A program made the position numbers and the translations under genes. From a virus (taxonomy: Duplodnaviria; Caudoviricetes): 40,939 bases of DNA. Positions 1 to 9,805 of this stretch are shown piece by piece. Numbering within the stretch: position 1 is the first letter of the stretch; each line of letters begins with the position of its first letter. The DNA is taken from the IMG/VR virus record IMGVR_UViG_3300030106_003405, positions 1-40,939 of that record. The stretch is one strand, 5' to 3'. The notes under the pieces are model-generated. The model was not told where the DNA came from and searched no databases. It worked only from the letters and a program-made list of their open reading frames with translations.

Positions 1-360
1 AGGATCAGTAGTAGTACCGTCAGGCTTATAATCATGTACTGCTACAAGACCTCCACCTTTTTCTCTTGGTACCCACTCTACATATGTTTTTCTATATCCA
101 CAAGGTATAACTTCTAAACTGTCTTTATAAAGATCGTTTGTAACAGTATTAAATATCATACCCTCGTCTGCACCATCAATGTATTTTTCATCTTTCTTCT
201 TACGTTGTGGTGAACCCGATTGTATTATAGCTAGTCTAGGAATAGTAATATCATCATTACTAATATTTTGTAATCCTTTACCAGCATTTTGTAAAATCAA
301 ATCATCTGCTATTGTAGCAATCTCTGAATTTGATTTTTTTACTATTTGCTTTTCACTCAT
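1..360 (-). CDS. Conserved phage replication-module protein, putative ssDNA-binding protein (5' part, runs off the window)
   Basis: Not in the ORF track. ATG at 360 abuts the stop of 361..945. The frame is open to position 1: MSEKQIVKK...NAGKGLQNISNDDITIPRLAIIQSGSPQRKKKDEKYIDGADEGMIFNTVT...YVEWVPREKGGGLVAVH. SSB function is inferred from recalled family context. Confidence 0.6.
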   Translation of the reverse strand, partial: MSEKQIVKKSNSEIATIADDLILQNAGKGLQNISNDDITIPRLAIIQSGSPQRKKKDEKYIDGADEGMIFNTVTNDLYKDSLEVIPCGYRKTYVEWVPREKGGGLVAVHDYKPDGTTTDP

Positions 361-945
361 TTATTTCTCCTTTCCAAGTGTTACTTTTGCTATTGATGCT
401 TCATATACATTAAATAAATCCTCTGGTAAGGTCTCACCTAATTTATATTGATCTTTAGCAAAAGCTTTCAGCGTTTGAGAATGAACAGTGCTGTTTTCGT
501 CATAAGGAATATTCTTAAAATTTTTATTAAGAACCTTTATCAACTTATCAGCTTCGTCATACTCACCTTTTGCAAAACTAACTTTAACATCGTGTTTAAT
601 TAGTCCTGCATGTCCATTTTCTTCTAACCATTTTAAAGCTTGTGATTTCTTTTCTAATGGTATAGAACAAAATATATCGTCTTTGACTTTTATTTGACTA
701 CCGTCTTTTAAATCGAAACGTGTCATTCCATTACACGCTCTCATAGCATCTGGTAGTTCTCGTTCTTCTATTTCTCTAATCTCTGCTTTCAAAGTTTTTA
801 ATTTATCTTCTTCTTTAGCAAGATTTTTTTTCTTTTCTACCAACTTGTTTCCTATTTTAGTAACTACTTCTAGTCCTACATTTGGAAGTTTTTTCTTTTT
901 ACTATGTTTTTCAACTTCGTCAAATATCCAAGTTTCTTTAGACAT
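361..945 (-). CDS. Conserved hypothetical phage protein (replication operon)
   Basis: 194-aa ORF with N-terminal coiled coil and the motifs WLEENGHAGLIKHDV and STVHSQTLKAF. AGGAG-type RBS upstream; overlaps the upstream gene. Confidence 0.75.
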   Translation of the reverse strand: MSKETWIFDEVEKHSKKKKLPNVGLEVVTKIGNKLVEKKKNLAKEEDKLKTLKAEIREIEERELPDAMRACNGMTRFDLKDGSQIKVKDDIFCSIPLEKKSQALKWLEENGHAGLIKHDVKVSFAKGEYDEADKLIKVLNKNFKNIPYDENSTVHSQTLKAFAKDQYKLGETLPEDLFNVYEASIAKVTLGKEK

Positions 946-1267
946 TGCTTTCTCCTTTCTGATACATATCTATGTTTACATTATAATAGCAACTATTTTC
1001 TCTATCCCATTTAAGTATATTTACTTTTCCATTATTTACTTCTGAAGCAATTATACATGAGATACCAATAGCAACTGGATCACCCATAGCAAGAATAAAA
1101 TCATCGTCAGAATAATCTTTTAATTTCTGACGCATCAATCTTACTACAGGAGAAGATGACAATGTAATTTGTTTACCAGGATTTAATAGTGGTATCAATT
1201 CACCATAACGTCCTGCCGCAAGTATATTTACTCTCGGATTTTCTTGCACTACATAAACTTTCGCCAT
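938..1267 (-). CDS. Conserved hypothetical phage protein
   Basis: 109-aa ORF with AAAGGAG RBS (plus strand ctccttt at about 1272-1278); motif DDFILAMGDPVAIG...LKWDR. Confidence 0.75.
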   Translation of the reverse strand: MAKVYVVQENPRVNILAAGRYGELIPLLNPGKQITLSSSPVVRLMRQKLKDYSDDDFILAMGDPVAIGISCIIASEVNNGKVNILKWDRENSCYYNVNIDMYQKGESNV

Positions 1268-1290
1268 AGTTCTCCTTTCTTAGTTTAAGT

Positions 1291-1325
1291 ATTTACTTAT
1301 AAATTAAATTCTATATAAAGTAAAT
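1291..1325. promoter_or_regulatory. Overlapping divergent sigma70-like promoters within an 8-bp inverted repeat
   Basis: Inverted repeat ATTTACTT(1291-1298)...AAGTAAAT(1318-1325). Minus strand reads TTTACT-N17-TATAAG, plus strand reads TTTACT-N16-TATAAA. Lies between divergently oriented genes. Confidence 0.55.
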
Positions 1326-1351
1326 TATTAATTAGAAAACAGAAAGAATAA

Positions 1352-2827
1352 ATGCAAGTACAATTTGTTAACGAAAAAGATTTTATTAAGTATAAGTTTA
1401 AAACTAAACCTTATAAACATCAATATGATGCATTTTTAAAATGTAAAGATAGAGATAGTTATGCTTTGTTTATGGAACAAGGTACAGGTAAGTCAAAAGT
1501 AATTATAGATAATATCGCTTATTTATTTAGAAATGGTAAAATAAATACAGCAGTAATTGCTGCACCTAAAGGTGTGTATCGTAATTGGTTAAGTTCAGAA
1601 TATAAAGTCCACATGCCTGATGATGTAAAAGAATTTACAGATATTGTTGTATGGTCTCCTACTGAAACTAAAACTAACATTGAAAATTTAACTAATTTTT
1701 TAAAACCAAATAATAATTTAAAATTTTTTATTATTAACATTGAAGCTTTATCTACAGATAAAGGAAAAAATTATTTACATAGATTATTAAATTCAAGTAA
1801 AGCATTTTTTTGTATTGATGAAAGTACAAATATAAAAAATAGAACAGCTAGAAGAACCAAAGCATGTCTTAAATTAGGACGTCTTGCAAAATTTAGACGA
1901 ATACTTACTGGTACACCAGTGACCCAAGGTCCATTAGATTTATGGTCACAAGTTAATTTTCTTGATGAATATATTTTACAAAATAGTTTTTACGCATATC
2001 GAAATACTTTTTGTGTACTAAAGAGAAGAAGAATATCTACTCATAGTTTTGACGAAATAGTAGGTTATCAAAGATTAGATCAATTACAAGAAATATTAGA
2101 TAAACATAGTTTTAGAGTTACAAAAGAAGAATGTCTTGATTTACCACCTAAAATCAAGCAAATTAGACAAATAGACATGACAAGCCCACAGAAGCTCATG
2201 TACACTCAACTTAAAAAACGTGCTATATTAGAGCTAGAACAAGAGAAATTAGTGACTGCGCCTCTTATAATCACACGAATACTACGTTTACAACAGATAT
2301 TATGTGGCTTTGTAAAGTATGATGATGGTACAGAAGAAGTAATAAAAGGACCTAATCCAAGATTAGAGGAATTATTAAATGTCTTAGAAGAAACACAAGG
2401 TGGAGTAATTATATGGGCTACCTTCAGAAGAACTATACAAATGATTAAAGAAGCTCTATCTAAAAAATATGGAGCAAGTAAGGTTGCAACTTATTATGGA
2501 GAAACAGAATCAGAAGTTAGACAAGAAATTGTAGAAAAATTTCAAAGAGGAGAAATAAAATATTTTATAGGTCAACCAAGGACAGGTGGTTATGGACTTA
2601 CATTAACAAATGCTAAAACTGTTATTTATTTTAATAACACTTATGACATGGAAGTAAGATTACAATCAGAAGATAGAGCACATAGAATAGGTCAAAAAGA
2701 TAAAGTTTTGTATATAGACTTTGTATGTCCTAAAACTTTAGATGAAAAAATTATAGAAACTTTAAGTAACAAGAAAAAATTAGCTGATCAAATAACAGGC
2801 GATAATTGGAAAGAATTATTTAGTTAG
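1352..2827 (+). CDS. SNF2-family (SF2) helicase/ATPase
   Basis: Motif I FMEQGTGKS, motif II CIDES, motif III ILTGTP, motif V TGGYGLTL, motif VI QSEDRAHRIGQ. Confidence 0.93.
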   Translation: MQVQFVNEKDFIKYKFKTKPYKHQYDAFLKCKDRDSYALFMEQGTGKSKVIIDNIAYLFRNGKINTAVIAAPKGVYRNWLSSEYKVHMPDDVKEFTDIVVWSPTETKTNIENLTNFLKPNNNLKFFIINIEALSTDKGKNYLHRLLNSSKAFFCIDESTNIKNRTARRTKACLKLGRLAKFRRILTGTPVTQGPLDLWSQVNFLDEYILQNSFYAYRNTFCVLKRRRISTHSFDEIVGYQRLDQLQEILDKHSFRVTKEECLDLPPKIKQIRQIDMTSPQKLMYTQLKKRAILELEQEKLVTAPLIITRILRLQQILCGFVKYDDGTEEVIKGPNPRLEELLNVLEETQGGVIIWATFRRTIQMIKEALSKKYGASKVATYYGETESEVRQEIVEKFQRGEIKYFIGQPRTGGYGLTLTNAKTVIYFNNTYDMEVRLQSEDRAHRIGQKDKVLYIDFVCPKTLDEKIIETLSNKKKLADQITGDNWKELFS

Positions 2828-2900
2828 GCCATGCTGGATCAAGAAAAAATGCCATTGCACATAACAAGATAATAAGTATTGCTGTAAATCGGTAATCCAC
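2820..2900 (-). CDS. 26-aa hydrophobic peptide at the end of the lysis cassette
   Basis: Not in the ORF track. GTG start with GGAG 8 nt upstream; MDYRFTAILIILLCAMAFFLDPAWPN has one TM-like segment. Confidence 0.5.
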   Translation of the reverse strand: MDYRFTAILIILLCAMAFFLDPAWPN

Positions 2901-2915
2901 TTGGCGCACTCCATA

Positions 2916-3305
2916 TTATTTTTTCTTAATTATATCGGCCCCTTTCAATCCGTATATTGCAGATACTACACCAATAAACAATGCTTGATACCAGTAAGGC
3001 ATATTGTTAAATTGATCAAAAAATAATTTTAGCTTAGCATGAATTTCTGGATCGTCAGAAAAAATAGAATACACCAATATAAGAACAGGAGCGGACACCA
3101 AAATAAGTACAAACTCGTCCTTCCAGCCTTGATTATTATTCTTAATAATTTCCTTTTTATATTCCAATTCTCCACTTGCCATTCTCTCTGCATGTTTCAT
3201 TTCAGCAACAGATTCAAACTCTTTAGCTCGTCTTCTATTTGCTGCAATACTCATTCCAGTTTTTATCATTCCCGGGACAAGTTTGGATGCTATATTAAGC
3301 CACAT
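2916..3305 (-). CDS. Putative holin
   Basis: Two to three hydrophobic segments (WKDEFVLILVSAPVLILVYSIF; WYQALFIGVVSAIYGLKG) and a basic C-terminus; directly follows the endolysin. Confidence 0.7.
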   Translation of the reverse strand: MWLNIASKLVPGMIKTGMSIAANRRRAKEFESVAEMKHAERMASGELEYKKEIIKNNNQGWKDEFVLILVSAPVLILVYSIFSDDPEIHAKLKLFFDQFNNMPYWYQALFIGVVSAIYGLKGADIIKKK

Positions 3306-3738
3306 TTACTGCCTCCTTGTTTAACCACTCTTTAACATTAAAACCAGGACAATTAGGTTTATTATCTTGAACATCGCAATGACCTAGTATTTGAATAATA
3401 TCTGGATATTTGTCCATTATCATATTTACTAAATCTTTTAAAGTTAAAAATTGTTCTAAAGTAAAATTATTTTCTGGTGATCCGTCTTCTGCCATTCCAC
3501 CAACTAAACAAATTCCAATGCTTCTTGAATTATGAGAAGGTGCATGTGCGCCTGAATAACCTTCAGGTCTTGCTTTTTCTAATTTACCATCACGTCTTAT
3601 AATAAAATGATAACCAACATCATCCCAACCATTTTGATCCACGTGCCACTTTCTAATTTCCTCTATACCAATATCCATAGACGGCTTAGTAGCTGCACAG
3701 TGAATAATTATAGAATCAGTTTTTTTTCTCAAGTCCAT
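3295..3738 (-). CDS. N-acetylmuramoyl-L-alanine amidase (T7 lysozyme-like endolysin)
   Basis: IIIHCAAT, GWDDVGYHFIIRRDG, GAH, SIGICLVGG, GHCD...CPGF: Zn-amidase_2 motifs. Confidence 0.93.
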   Translation of the reverse strand: MDLRKKTDSIIIHCAATKPSMDIGIEEIRKWHVDQNGWDDVGYHFIIRRDGKLEKARPEGYSGAHAPSHNSRSIGICLVGGMAEDGSPENNFTLEQFLTLKDLVNMIMDKYPDIIQILGHCDVQDNKPNCPGFNVKEWLNKEAVNVA

Positions 3739-4025
3739 GTTGCACTCCTTCTTGGCACTATTCTACACTTTCTTTTTTGTAAGTCTACACTTAAAATGTT
3801 GATTCTATTATCTCTTATTCTAGGTGACCTAGATATTATACTACCATCTTTTCTACGACTTATGTGTTTAACATCATAATAAGCACACTCTAAAGTTTTA
3901 GGATCTACTGAAATTAAATCTATTGGAGATTGTACTTGAGAACCTTTAAAAACGTAAAAACCTTTTTCTTGTAACCAAACTGTAGCAAAGTTTTCACAAA
4001 TACAGCCTTTATTTTTTTTTATCAC
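3729..4025 (-). CDS. Small PD-(D/E)XK nuclease-like protein
   Basis: KGCICENFATVWLQEKGFYVF...SPIDLI...YYDVK matches the resolvase-like E...PxD...(D/E)xK pattern. Confidence 0.55.
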   Translation of the reverse strand: MIKKNKGCICENFATVWLQEKGFYVFKGSQVQSPIDLISVDPKTLECAYYDVKHISRRKDGSIISRSPRIRDNRINILSVDLQKRKCRIVPRRSATWT

Positions 4026-4246
4026 TTACTAATTAATTGAACTAATGCTGCGCCTAAACCTGAAATAATAAGACCAGCAGCTCCAATTAATATTTTCTCC
4101 AATCTAGCAATTTGATTTGCTAATGTATCTATTTTATCATGTGTTTCTTTTTGCATTATTCTACAAAGTTTTTCATGATTATCTATTCTTAAATGTGCAG
4201 TATCTGCGTTATTTAATTTTCTTGTTTTTCTTTTTTTATTCATCAT
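4022..4246 (-). CDS. Small coiled-coil protein with C-terminal TM segment
   Basis: HEKLCRIMQ...IARLEKILIGAAGLIISGLGAALVQL; coupled to both neighbours. Confidence 0.65.
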   Translation of the reverse strand: MMNKKRKTRKLNNADTAHLRIDNHEKLCRIMQKETHDKIDTLANQIARLEKILIGAAGLIISGLGAALVQLISK

Positions 4247-7200
4247 CTTTTTCTAATGTTTCGCTTTCGAAAATTTCAAATTCTCTACCTTTTTCTACTG
4301 CCCTTCTAAATGTTTGAGATTTTAAGAATCCATTTACTAATTTTTTGATAGTAGCATCGTATGCAACTCCTAAACCATCTGCAACTTTTTCAGCAACAAT
4401 ATCTACTGGTTCAAATACTGCTGGTTCTCCTATATCCGTACTTTGATCTAATTTTTCTTTTAAATATTCTTTAGCAATTAATGGGTTTATTTCTGGTATA
4501 AAAAATCTATCGTCTTTTGAAATTTTAGGAATAACACTAAATGTTTTTCTTTTACCAAAATTTTCACTAAAACCTAATGTAAAAAATTTATTTACTTTAT
4601 CTATTGCTCTATCTGCAAAGTTTCTTTCTGCTTTAGTACCAGCTAACATGTCATCAATTACTTTTGGATAATTACCAGCTAGAAAATTCTTTTTAGCACC
4701 ATTTAAAAATAAATTATAATCTCTTAAAAGATTTAAACTATCACCACCTAAATCGAAACCATCATAAATTCTTGCTATTCTGTTTATAACTAATCTTTTA
4801 TGGTTAAGAGGACCAGCAAATATATCTACAAAAAGACCTGCTTTGTTTGCAGCACCTGTTAGACCAGGACTATCTATACCTTTCATACCTTGCGGACTTT
4901 GAATAACTTCTAAAGCATTTGCTAATGATCTATGTACATCGAAAAATTTTTGATCAAATAATTGTGTAATAGCTCCTCTGTTTTGATTTAAAAAAATATT
5001 TAAAGCTTCTCCATTTAAACCTGTAACATTTACACCTAAATCTGCATTTTGTGTTCTTGTACTTTTTAACATAGTATTTAAAAATACTTGTCTTACATTA
5101 GTTAACATATCAGGTGATTGTTTATTTAAATTTTTAACCAACTCTTTTATATCTGCTTTATTACCTAATTTTAAAATAGAATTTACAATTGTACCAGGTG
5201 CACCTGAATCTAATACATTTACATCTATACCTGGTAGAGCTTTAGAAACTGTTGTTTGTACGTCAGCTGTATTTTTAATTATTTTATCATATTCATTAAT
5301 TACACTTTGTGGATTTTTAAAAAATTCTTTATAAGCTTTTTTACCTAAAATATTTTCGTATTGTTTTCCAAATGTATCTTTAAATTTAGTAAATTCCATT
5401 CTACCTTTTTTACCAATTTCTTGTGGAGCAACTTCAGATAAATATTTTTCGTATAGTGCTGCTTTAATTCTATTTTTAGACGGTGCATTAAAAACTTTTC
5501 TATTATTTATGAGTGTACCTAATATAGCTGAATTTTTTAAACCCTCTGGACCTGGTGCAATAAATTTATTGAATATATTAGGACCTTCATATTGTAATGC
5601 ACCTTTAACTCTTTTACTTGTACCATATCCAAAATTTTGTGCAAAATCTTGAAAAAAAGATTGTCTCTTTGAATTTAATAAATCATCAAATTCGATTACT
5701 TTAGCTGCAGTTTTAGGATTAGCACTTAATGCGCTATCTATAATTTCGTTTAATTCACCTTTAAGTTGTCGTGCAACATTTTTTAAAGGTCCATCTGGTG
5801 CTGTTTCGTCAATTGTTCTAACTAGGGTTCTTAATTGTACTGCATCTTTTAAAGATACATCTGTTTGTTTTAAAGATTTTAATCCTTTAGTAATGGTATT
5901 AAGTTTACCTTTTGTTGCAAAAACATTTACTTCAGCTCCTAAAGTATCAAATAAATTTTGTACATTTATGCTATTTATATATTTGTTTTGTGCTTCTGGT
6001 GATAGTTTAGCAAACTGTTTTTCGCTTAATTTTTTAACTTTTTTTCTTGAGAATGATTTAAGTAATTTATCAGCAGTTTTAATTGTATCTAAATTCATTG
6101 GTGCTAATCTTATTTTGTTTGTTAAAGCAAAATTATCTATTTGATTTGATAACACTCCTAATCTTGTTTCTATATTTTTTGTTGCTCCTGCAAAATCTAT
6201 ATTAATTTCATCCATTAATTTATCAACATCTGTTTTGTAAATACTATCTTTTGTTTTTTGTATATTTTTAAATGCTTCTGCAGCATCATCAGAAACATTA
6301 GCTAATTCAAGATTTCTAATTTGTTTTGCATCAGCTTCAATTAATCTAATCGCTTTATCTGCACTTACATTATCTAATTCATTTAGACCAGTAAGTTTTT
6401 TCATTATTTCAGTTTCGACTTTTTTTACATTCCCAGCATTTTCTGCTTTTGCTAATTGGTTTGCAAACGCTTTATCTGCTTTAGTACCTTTTTCAATAAT
6501 ACCTGATCTAGGTAATGCTTTAGCAACTTCTACTGCAAGATAATTATCAACAGATTTTGCTTCAACTCCTAATTCCATAATATCTTTTCTTGCTTTATCA
6601 AGTGGTTCTTTTATAGCTTTATCCATTCCACCTGAATCTAAAAACTTCTTAATGGTATCTTTAGAAAGTTTATCTTTAGGAGTTGTTAATACAATTGTTT
6701 TTACTGCAGCAGCTATTGGTAAAAAAGCTGTTGTTGCTACAGCATCAATTGCAGCGTATTTACCTGCTGAAGCTAAAGCAAATTTATTAAATTCTTCATC
6801 GTCCATATCTGGATTAAAGTTATGTAATTTTCTTCCTAGATATAATCTAGCATATTCTCCAATAAAACTTGCACCAGCTGATCCAGCAACTGTTCCAGCA
6901 GGTCCCGCAGCACTTCCAAAAGTACCACCAGCAATCGCCATTGATATTGGTAATAAATCACCTGATACAGCAAAAAAATCTCCAGTATCTAAACCAGGTT
7001 TATTAGCTGCATAAAATTTACCATCACCACCTAACTCTTTAGGTATTTTATAAATTAAGCCTTGAGTTTTATAACCTCGAAAATTTATATCTTGATTTCT
7101 TACTTCTACTTTTTTAGAAAATTTTTTAACTTTTTCTTCACCATATTGTTCTGTTAAATCAGATAGTATTAATTGTCTTGTATTATTAACTAAATCATTT

Positions 7201-7583
7201 AAGTTATTTGAACTTAAACTTAAAGCACCTCTAATACTGTTTGATAAATCTTGATCTGTTCTTATACCATTAGCTTGGAATAATAATTTATTTGAAGGTT
7301 TGTACTCGTTAAAAGCACCTTCTAAATCGAATTCACTATTTTTTTCGTCTGATTCAATATCCTTTTTAATTTTTTCAATAGAGGTTTTCATCAAATTGAC
7401 ATCATAACCACTACTCTCTAAAAATTTTGTTTGATCTGTTGTATCTTCAGGTTTAGCTAATTTAAGAAAAGCATCACTATCTATATTACCAGATAAATAT
7501 TCAATAATAGTTGCTTTATCTACTTTAGGATATTTACTTTGTATGTTTTCATAGATAGCAGTTTGATTTGCATTTAATTCCAT
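4236..7583 (-). CDS. Large putative internal virion / DNA ejection protein
   Basis: 1115 aa, helical, with a GA-rich hydrophobic hairpin (AIAGGTFGSAAGPAGTVAGSAG). Last of three genes behind the tail and GNAT genes, as in podovirus ejectosome order. Confidence 0.65.
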   Translation of the reverse strand: MELNANQTAIYENIQSKYPKVDKATIIEYLSGNIDSDAFLKLAKPEDTTDQTKFLESSGYDVNLMKTSIEKIKKDIESDEKNSEFDLEGAFNEYKPSNKLLFQANGIRTDQDLSNSIRGALSLSSNNLNDLVNNTRQLILSDLTEQYGEEKVKKFSKKVEVRNQDINFRGYKTQGLIYKIPKELGGDGKFYAANKPGLDTGDFFAVSGDLLPISMAIAGGTFGSAAGPAGTVAGSAGASFIGEYARLYLGRKLHNFNPDMDDEEFNKFALASAGKYAAIDAVATTAFLPIAAAVKTIVLTTPKDKLSKDTIKKFLDSGGMDKAIKEPLDKARKDIMELGVEAKSVDNYLAVEVAKALPRSGIIEKGTKADKAFANQLAKAENAGNVKKVETEIMKKLTGLNELDNVSADKAIRLIEADAKQIRNLELANVSDDAAEAFKNIQKTKDSIYKTDVDKLMDEINIDFAGATKNIETRLGVLSNQIDNFALTNKIRLAPMNLDTIKTADKLLKSFSRKKVKKLSEKQFAKLSPEAQNKYINSINVQNLFDTLGAEVNVFATKGKLNTITKGLKSLKQTDVSLKDAVQLRTLVRTIDETAPDGPLKNVARQLKGELNEIIDSALSANPKTAAKVIEFDDLLNSKRQSFFQDFAQNFGYGTSKRVKGALQYEGPNIFNKFIAPGPEGLKNSAILGTLINNRKVFNAPSKNRIKAALYEKYLSEVAPQEIGKKGRMEFTKFKDTFGKQYENILGKKAYKEFFKNPQSVINEYDKIIKNTADVQTTVSKALPGIDVNVLDSGAPGTIVNSILKLGNKADIKELVKNLNKQSPDMLTNVRQVFLNTMLKSTRTQNADLGVNVTGLNGEALNIFLNQNRGAITQLFDQKFFDVHRSLANALEVIQSPQGMKGIDSPGLTGAANKAGLFVDIFAGPLNHKRLVINRIARIYDGFDLGGDSLNLLRDYNLFLNGAKKNFLAGNYPKVIDDMLAGTKAERNFADRAIDKVNKFFTLGFSENFGKRKTFSVIPKISKDDRFFIPEINPLIAKEYLKEKLDQSTDIGEPAVFEPVDIVAEKVADGLGVAYDATIKKLVNGFLKSQTFRRAVEKGREFEIFESETLEKDDE

Positions 7584-7595
7584 AAGACATTTTAC

Positions 7596-8972
7596 CTAGT
7601 TTTTAATATCCATAAACTTTTTCTGTTGATCTTCTAAAAGTTTTTGTTCAGTCTTTATTTCTGATTCTGTTGTTTCTTGAAAAATTTCGAAATTAGTTTT
7701 AGTTCCCTCTTGAATTTGTGGTTTTAAAGTGGAATAGAAATAAGCTTGAGCAACTCTAAATGGACTACTTCTATCATTGCTTCCATAGAGTTCTACTAAT
7801 AATTCATCTGATACTTGATCATTATATTGTTCAGCAATTTTTGCCATTGAAATTTCTTTAGCATTAATAGCAAAATTAATATCTCCTTGCTTACCTTCTC
7901 CCGGGAAAGCTAATTGTTTTGCAATATTACCTTCTATTTTATATGCTTCTGATGCTGCTTTTTGAGCTGAGATTAATTTAATAAGAGCTTCTGGTGTAGT
8001 TGCAACATCACCAAGACCTTGTAATAATACTTGAATGTCTTTATCAGATGCTGGATATAAATCTTTTACTTGAGATACAATCGCTTGTTTACTAGCAGAA
8101 TTTAAAATTTCTTTAAAAGCAACATTATCCTCGTCTATTAATTTTGTATTTAATTTACCATCAGTATAAAATTTATTCAACTTATCTCCTATTTCTGTAC
8201 CAGCTAGTACTTTTTCTATTGGAAATAAAAAAGCTTCTAAAGTACCAGTAGGAATTTTTTTACCTTCTGATATCATTTTAAATGCTTCAAGGTATCTTGT
8301 ATCTAAAGCATCAAATTTATTTCTATCGCTACCATATTTTTCTATGTAAGGTGTATAATTTTTTAAAATTGCTTCGTCTTGAGTACCTCTAATTCTAGGT
8401 GGTTCTCCTTTTTGCGCTTTAACTAATGATGCTTGTGCCTTGATTAAATCTATCTCTGATTTTTTTCTTTTAGAACTAATTGCCTCTGATTCTAAAAATC
8501 CTTTTTTAGTACCTTTTGCTACCTTACCTAAAGGACTTGAAGCTTGTGTAATTGGTGTATATTGAGATGCTTCTATGAAAGTATTTAGACCACTTAAAAA
8601 TAAAGCTCTTTTTTCTCTATCATCATATACTGTTTCTAATCTTTTTTCTGCTCCATCAAAAAAACCTTTAAAAGCTTTACCTACATTTTCTTTAAAATTT
8701 TCAAATCTTTTACCTTTTTCTTTTTTACCTTCACCAGTAGTATCTATGTTAGCTAACTCAACAGCACTATCCATTTCTTGTTCTAAAGCTTTTCCAGTTA
8801 CTTCTATCTCTTTTTTGTCTGCATCCATTTTTTTTTGATTTTCAAATTGTGTTGCAACAAATTCTTGATAGTCTGTTACTTTCGGATATCGCATCTGTAA
8901 TGCTTCCGATTTTTCATATTTTTGTTCTAAAGCATTTAATTCTTCTTTATTTAATTTATCTATATTAGCCAT
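7596..8972 (-). CDS. Putative internal virion / ejection protein
   Basis: 458-aa helical charged protein; called by position. Confidence 0.55.
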   Translation of the reverse strand: MANIDKLNKEELNALEQKYEKSEALQMRYPKVTDYQEFVATQFENQKKMDADKKEIEVTGKALEQEMDSAVELANIDTTGEGKKEKGKRFENFKENVGKAFKGFFDGAEKRLETVYDDREKRALFLSGLNTFIEASQYTPITQASSPLGKVAKGTKKGFLESEAISSKRKKSEIDLIKAQASLVKAQKGEPPRIRGTQDEAILKNYTPYIEKYGSDRNKFDALDTRYLEAFKMISEGKKIPTGTLEAFLFPIEKVLAGTEIGDKLNKFYTDGKLNTKLIDEDNVAFKEILNSASKQAIVSQVKDLYPASDKDIQVLLQGLGDVATTPEALIKLISAQKAASEAYKIEGNIAKQLAFPGEGKQGDINFAINAKEISMAKIAEQYNDQVSDELLVELYGSNDRSSPFRVAQAYFYSTLKPQIQEGTKTNFEIFQETTESEIKTEQKLLEDQQKKFMDIKN

Positions 8973-9805
8973 TACATAAATCCACCGAGTGCTTGACCTG
9001 CTCCAACTATTTGAGCAAATGGACTAGGAGCACCAACTGGTGTACCTATCATTGCTGATCTTTCTTCTCCGTAAGTTCTTATTGGAGCACCTGCTAAAGC
9101 ACCAATCATTTGTCTTACTTGACCCGCTGGATATTCTCTTGCTTCAATAAAATCTCTATATGCTTCTGTTAAACCAGCTTGTTCTATACCTCTAGATAAA
9201 CTTCCAGCTTGGCCTAATCCCGCTGCAGCACCAGCAAGTCCAGATAATTGTGCTTGAGCTGCACCTAATTGCGCTGCTCTATCTGCAGCAAATCTTTGTG
9301 CGCCTGATTCAAATCCTGCTTGACGTAATCTTCCAGATGTATCTGCAACTTGATCTTGAAATCTTTCTCTTGAAATAGCTCTTTCAACACCTTCTCTAGT
9401 TCCACCGAATGCACCTGCTCCAACTGCTCTTGCAGATAAAGCTCTATCGCCCATTGCATATGCTTCTCCTAAATCAGATATGGTTGATTGAATAACATTG
9501 TTAGTAAATGGATTCATATACTGTTGTGCAGTTGCAGTATCGAAAGTTTGAGCACCTATTTGTGCTAATTGACCTGCTTGTGGTAAAATTTGATTACTAA
9601 ATACATTTGCAACTTGTTGCTCTTGTGGAGACAGTTGAGCTATACGTTGACCTTGATAACCAACATAAGGTTGTGTAAAAACATTTTCCGCAGTTCTTAA
9701 AGTTCGTTCTTGAATTTCTTTAAAATACTCTGGTATTTGCGAAGTTACTGTTTGTGTACTTGGCGCTTGTACTACTGTCGTTGATGGTTTGAAAATACTA
9801 CCCAT
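8972..9805 (-). CDS. Putative DNA ejection (pilot) protein
   Basis: Q/A/G-rich; YMNPFTNNVI and AVGAGAFGGTR motifs; C-terminal SPFAQIVGAG. Confidence 0.65.
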   Translation of the reverse strand: MGSIFKPSTTVVQAPSTQTVTSQIPEYFKEIQERTLRTAENVFTQPYVGYQGQRIAQLSPQEQQVANVFSNQILPQAGQLAQIGAQTFDTATAQQYMNPFTNNVIQSTISDLGEAYAMGDRALSARAVGAGAFGGTREGVERAISRERFQDQVADTSGRLRQAGFESGAQRFAADRAAQLGAAQAQLSGLAGAAAGLGQAGSLSRGIEQAGLTEAYRDFIEAREYPAGQVRQMIGALAGAPIRTYGEERSAMIGTPVGAPSPFAQIVGAGQALGGFM

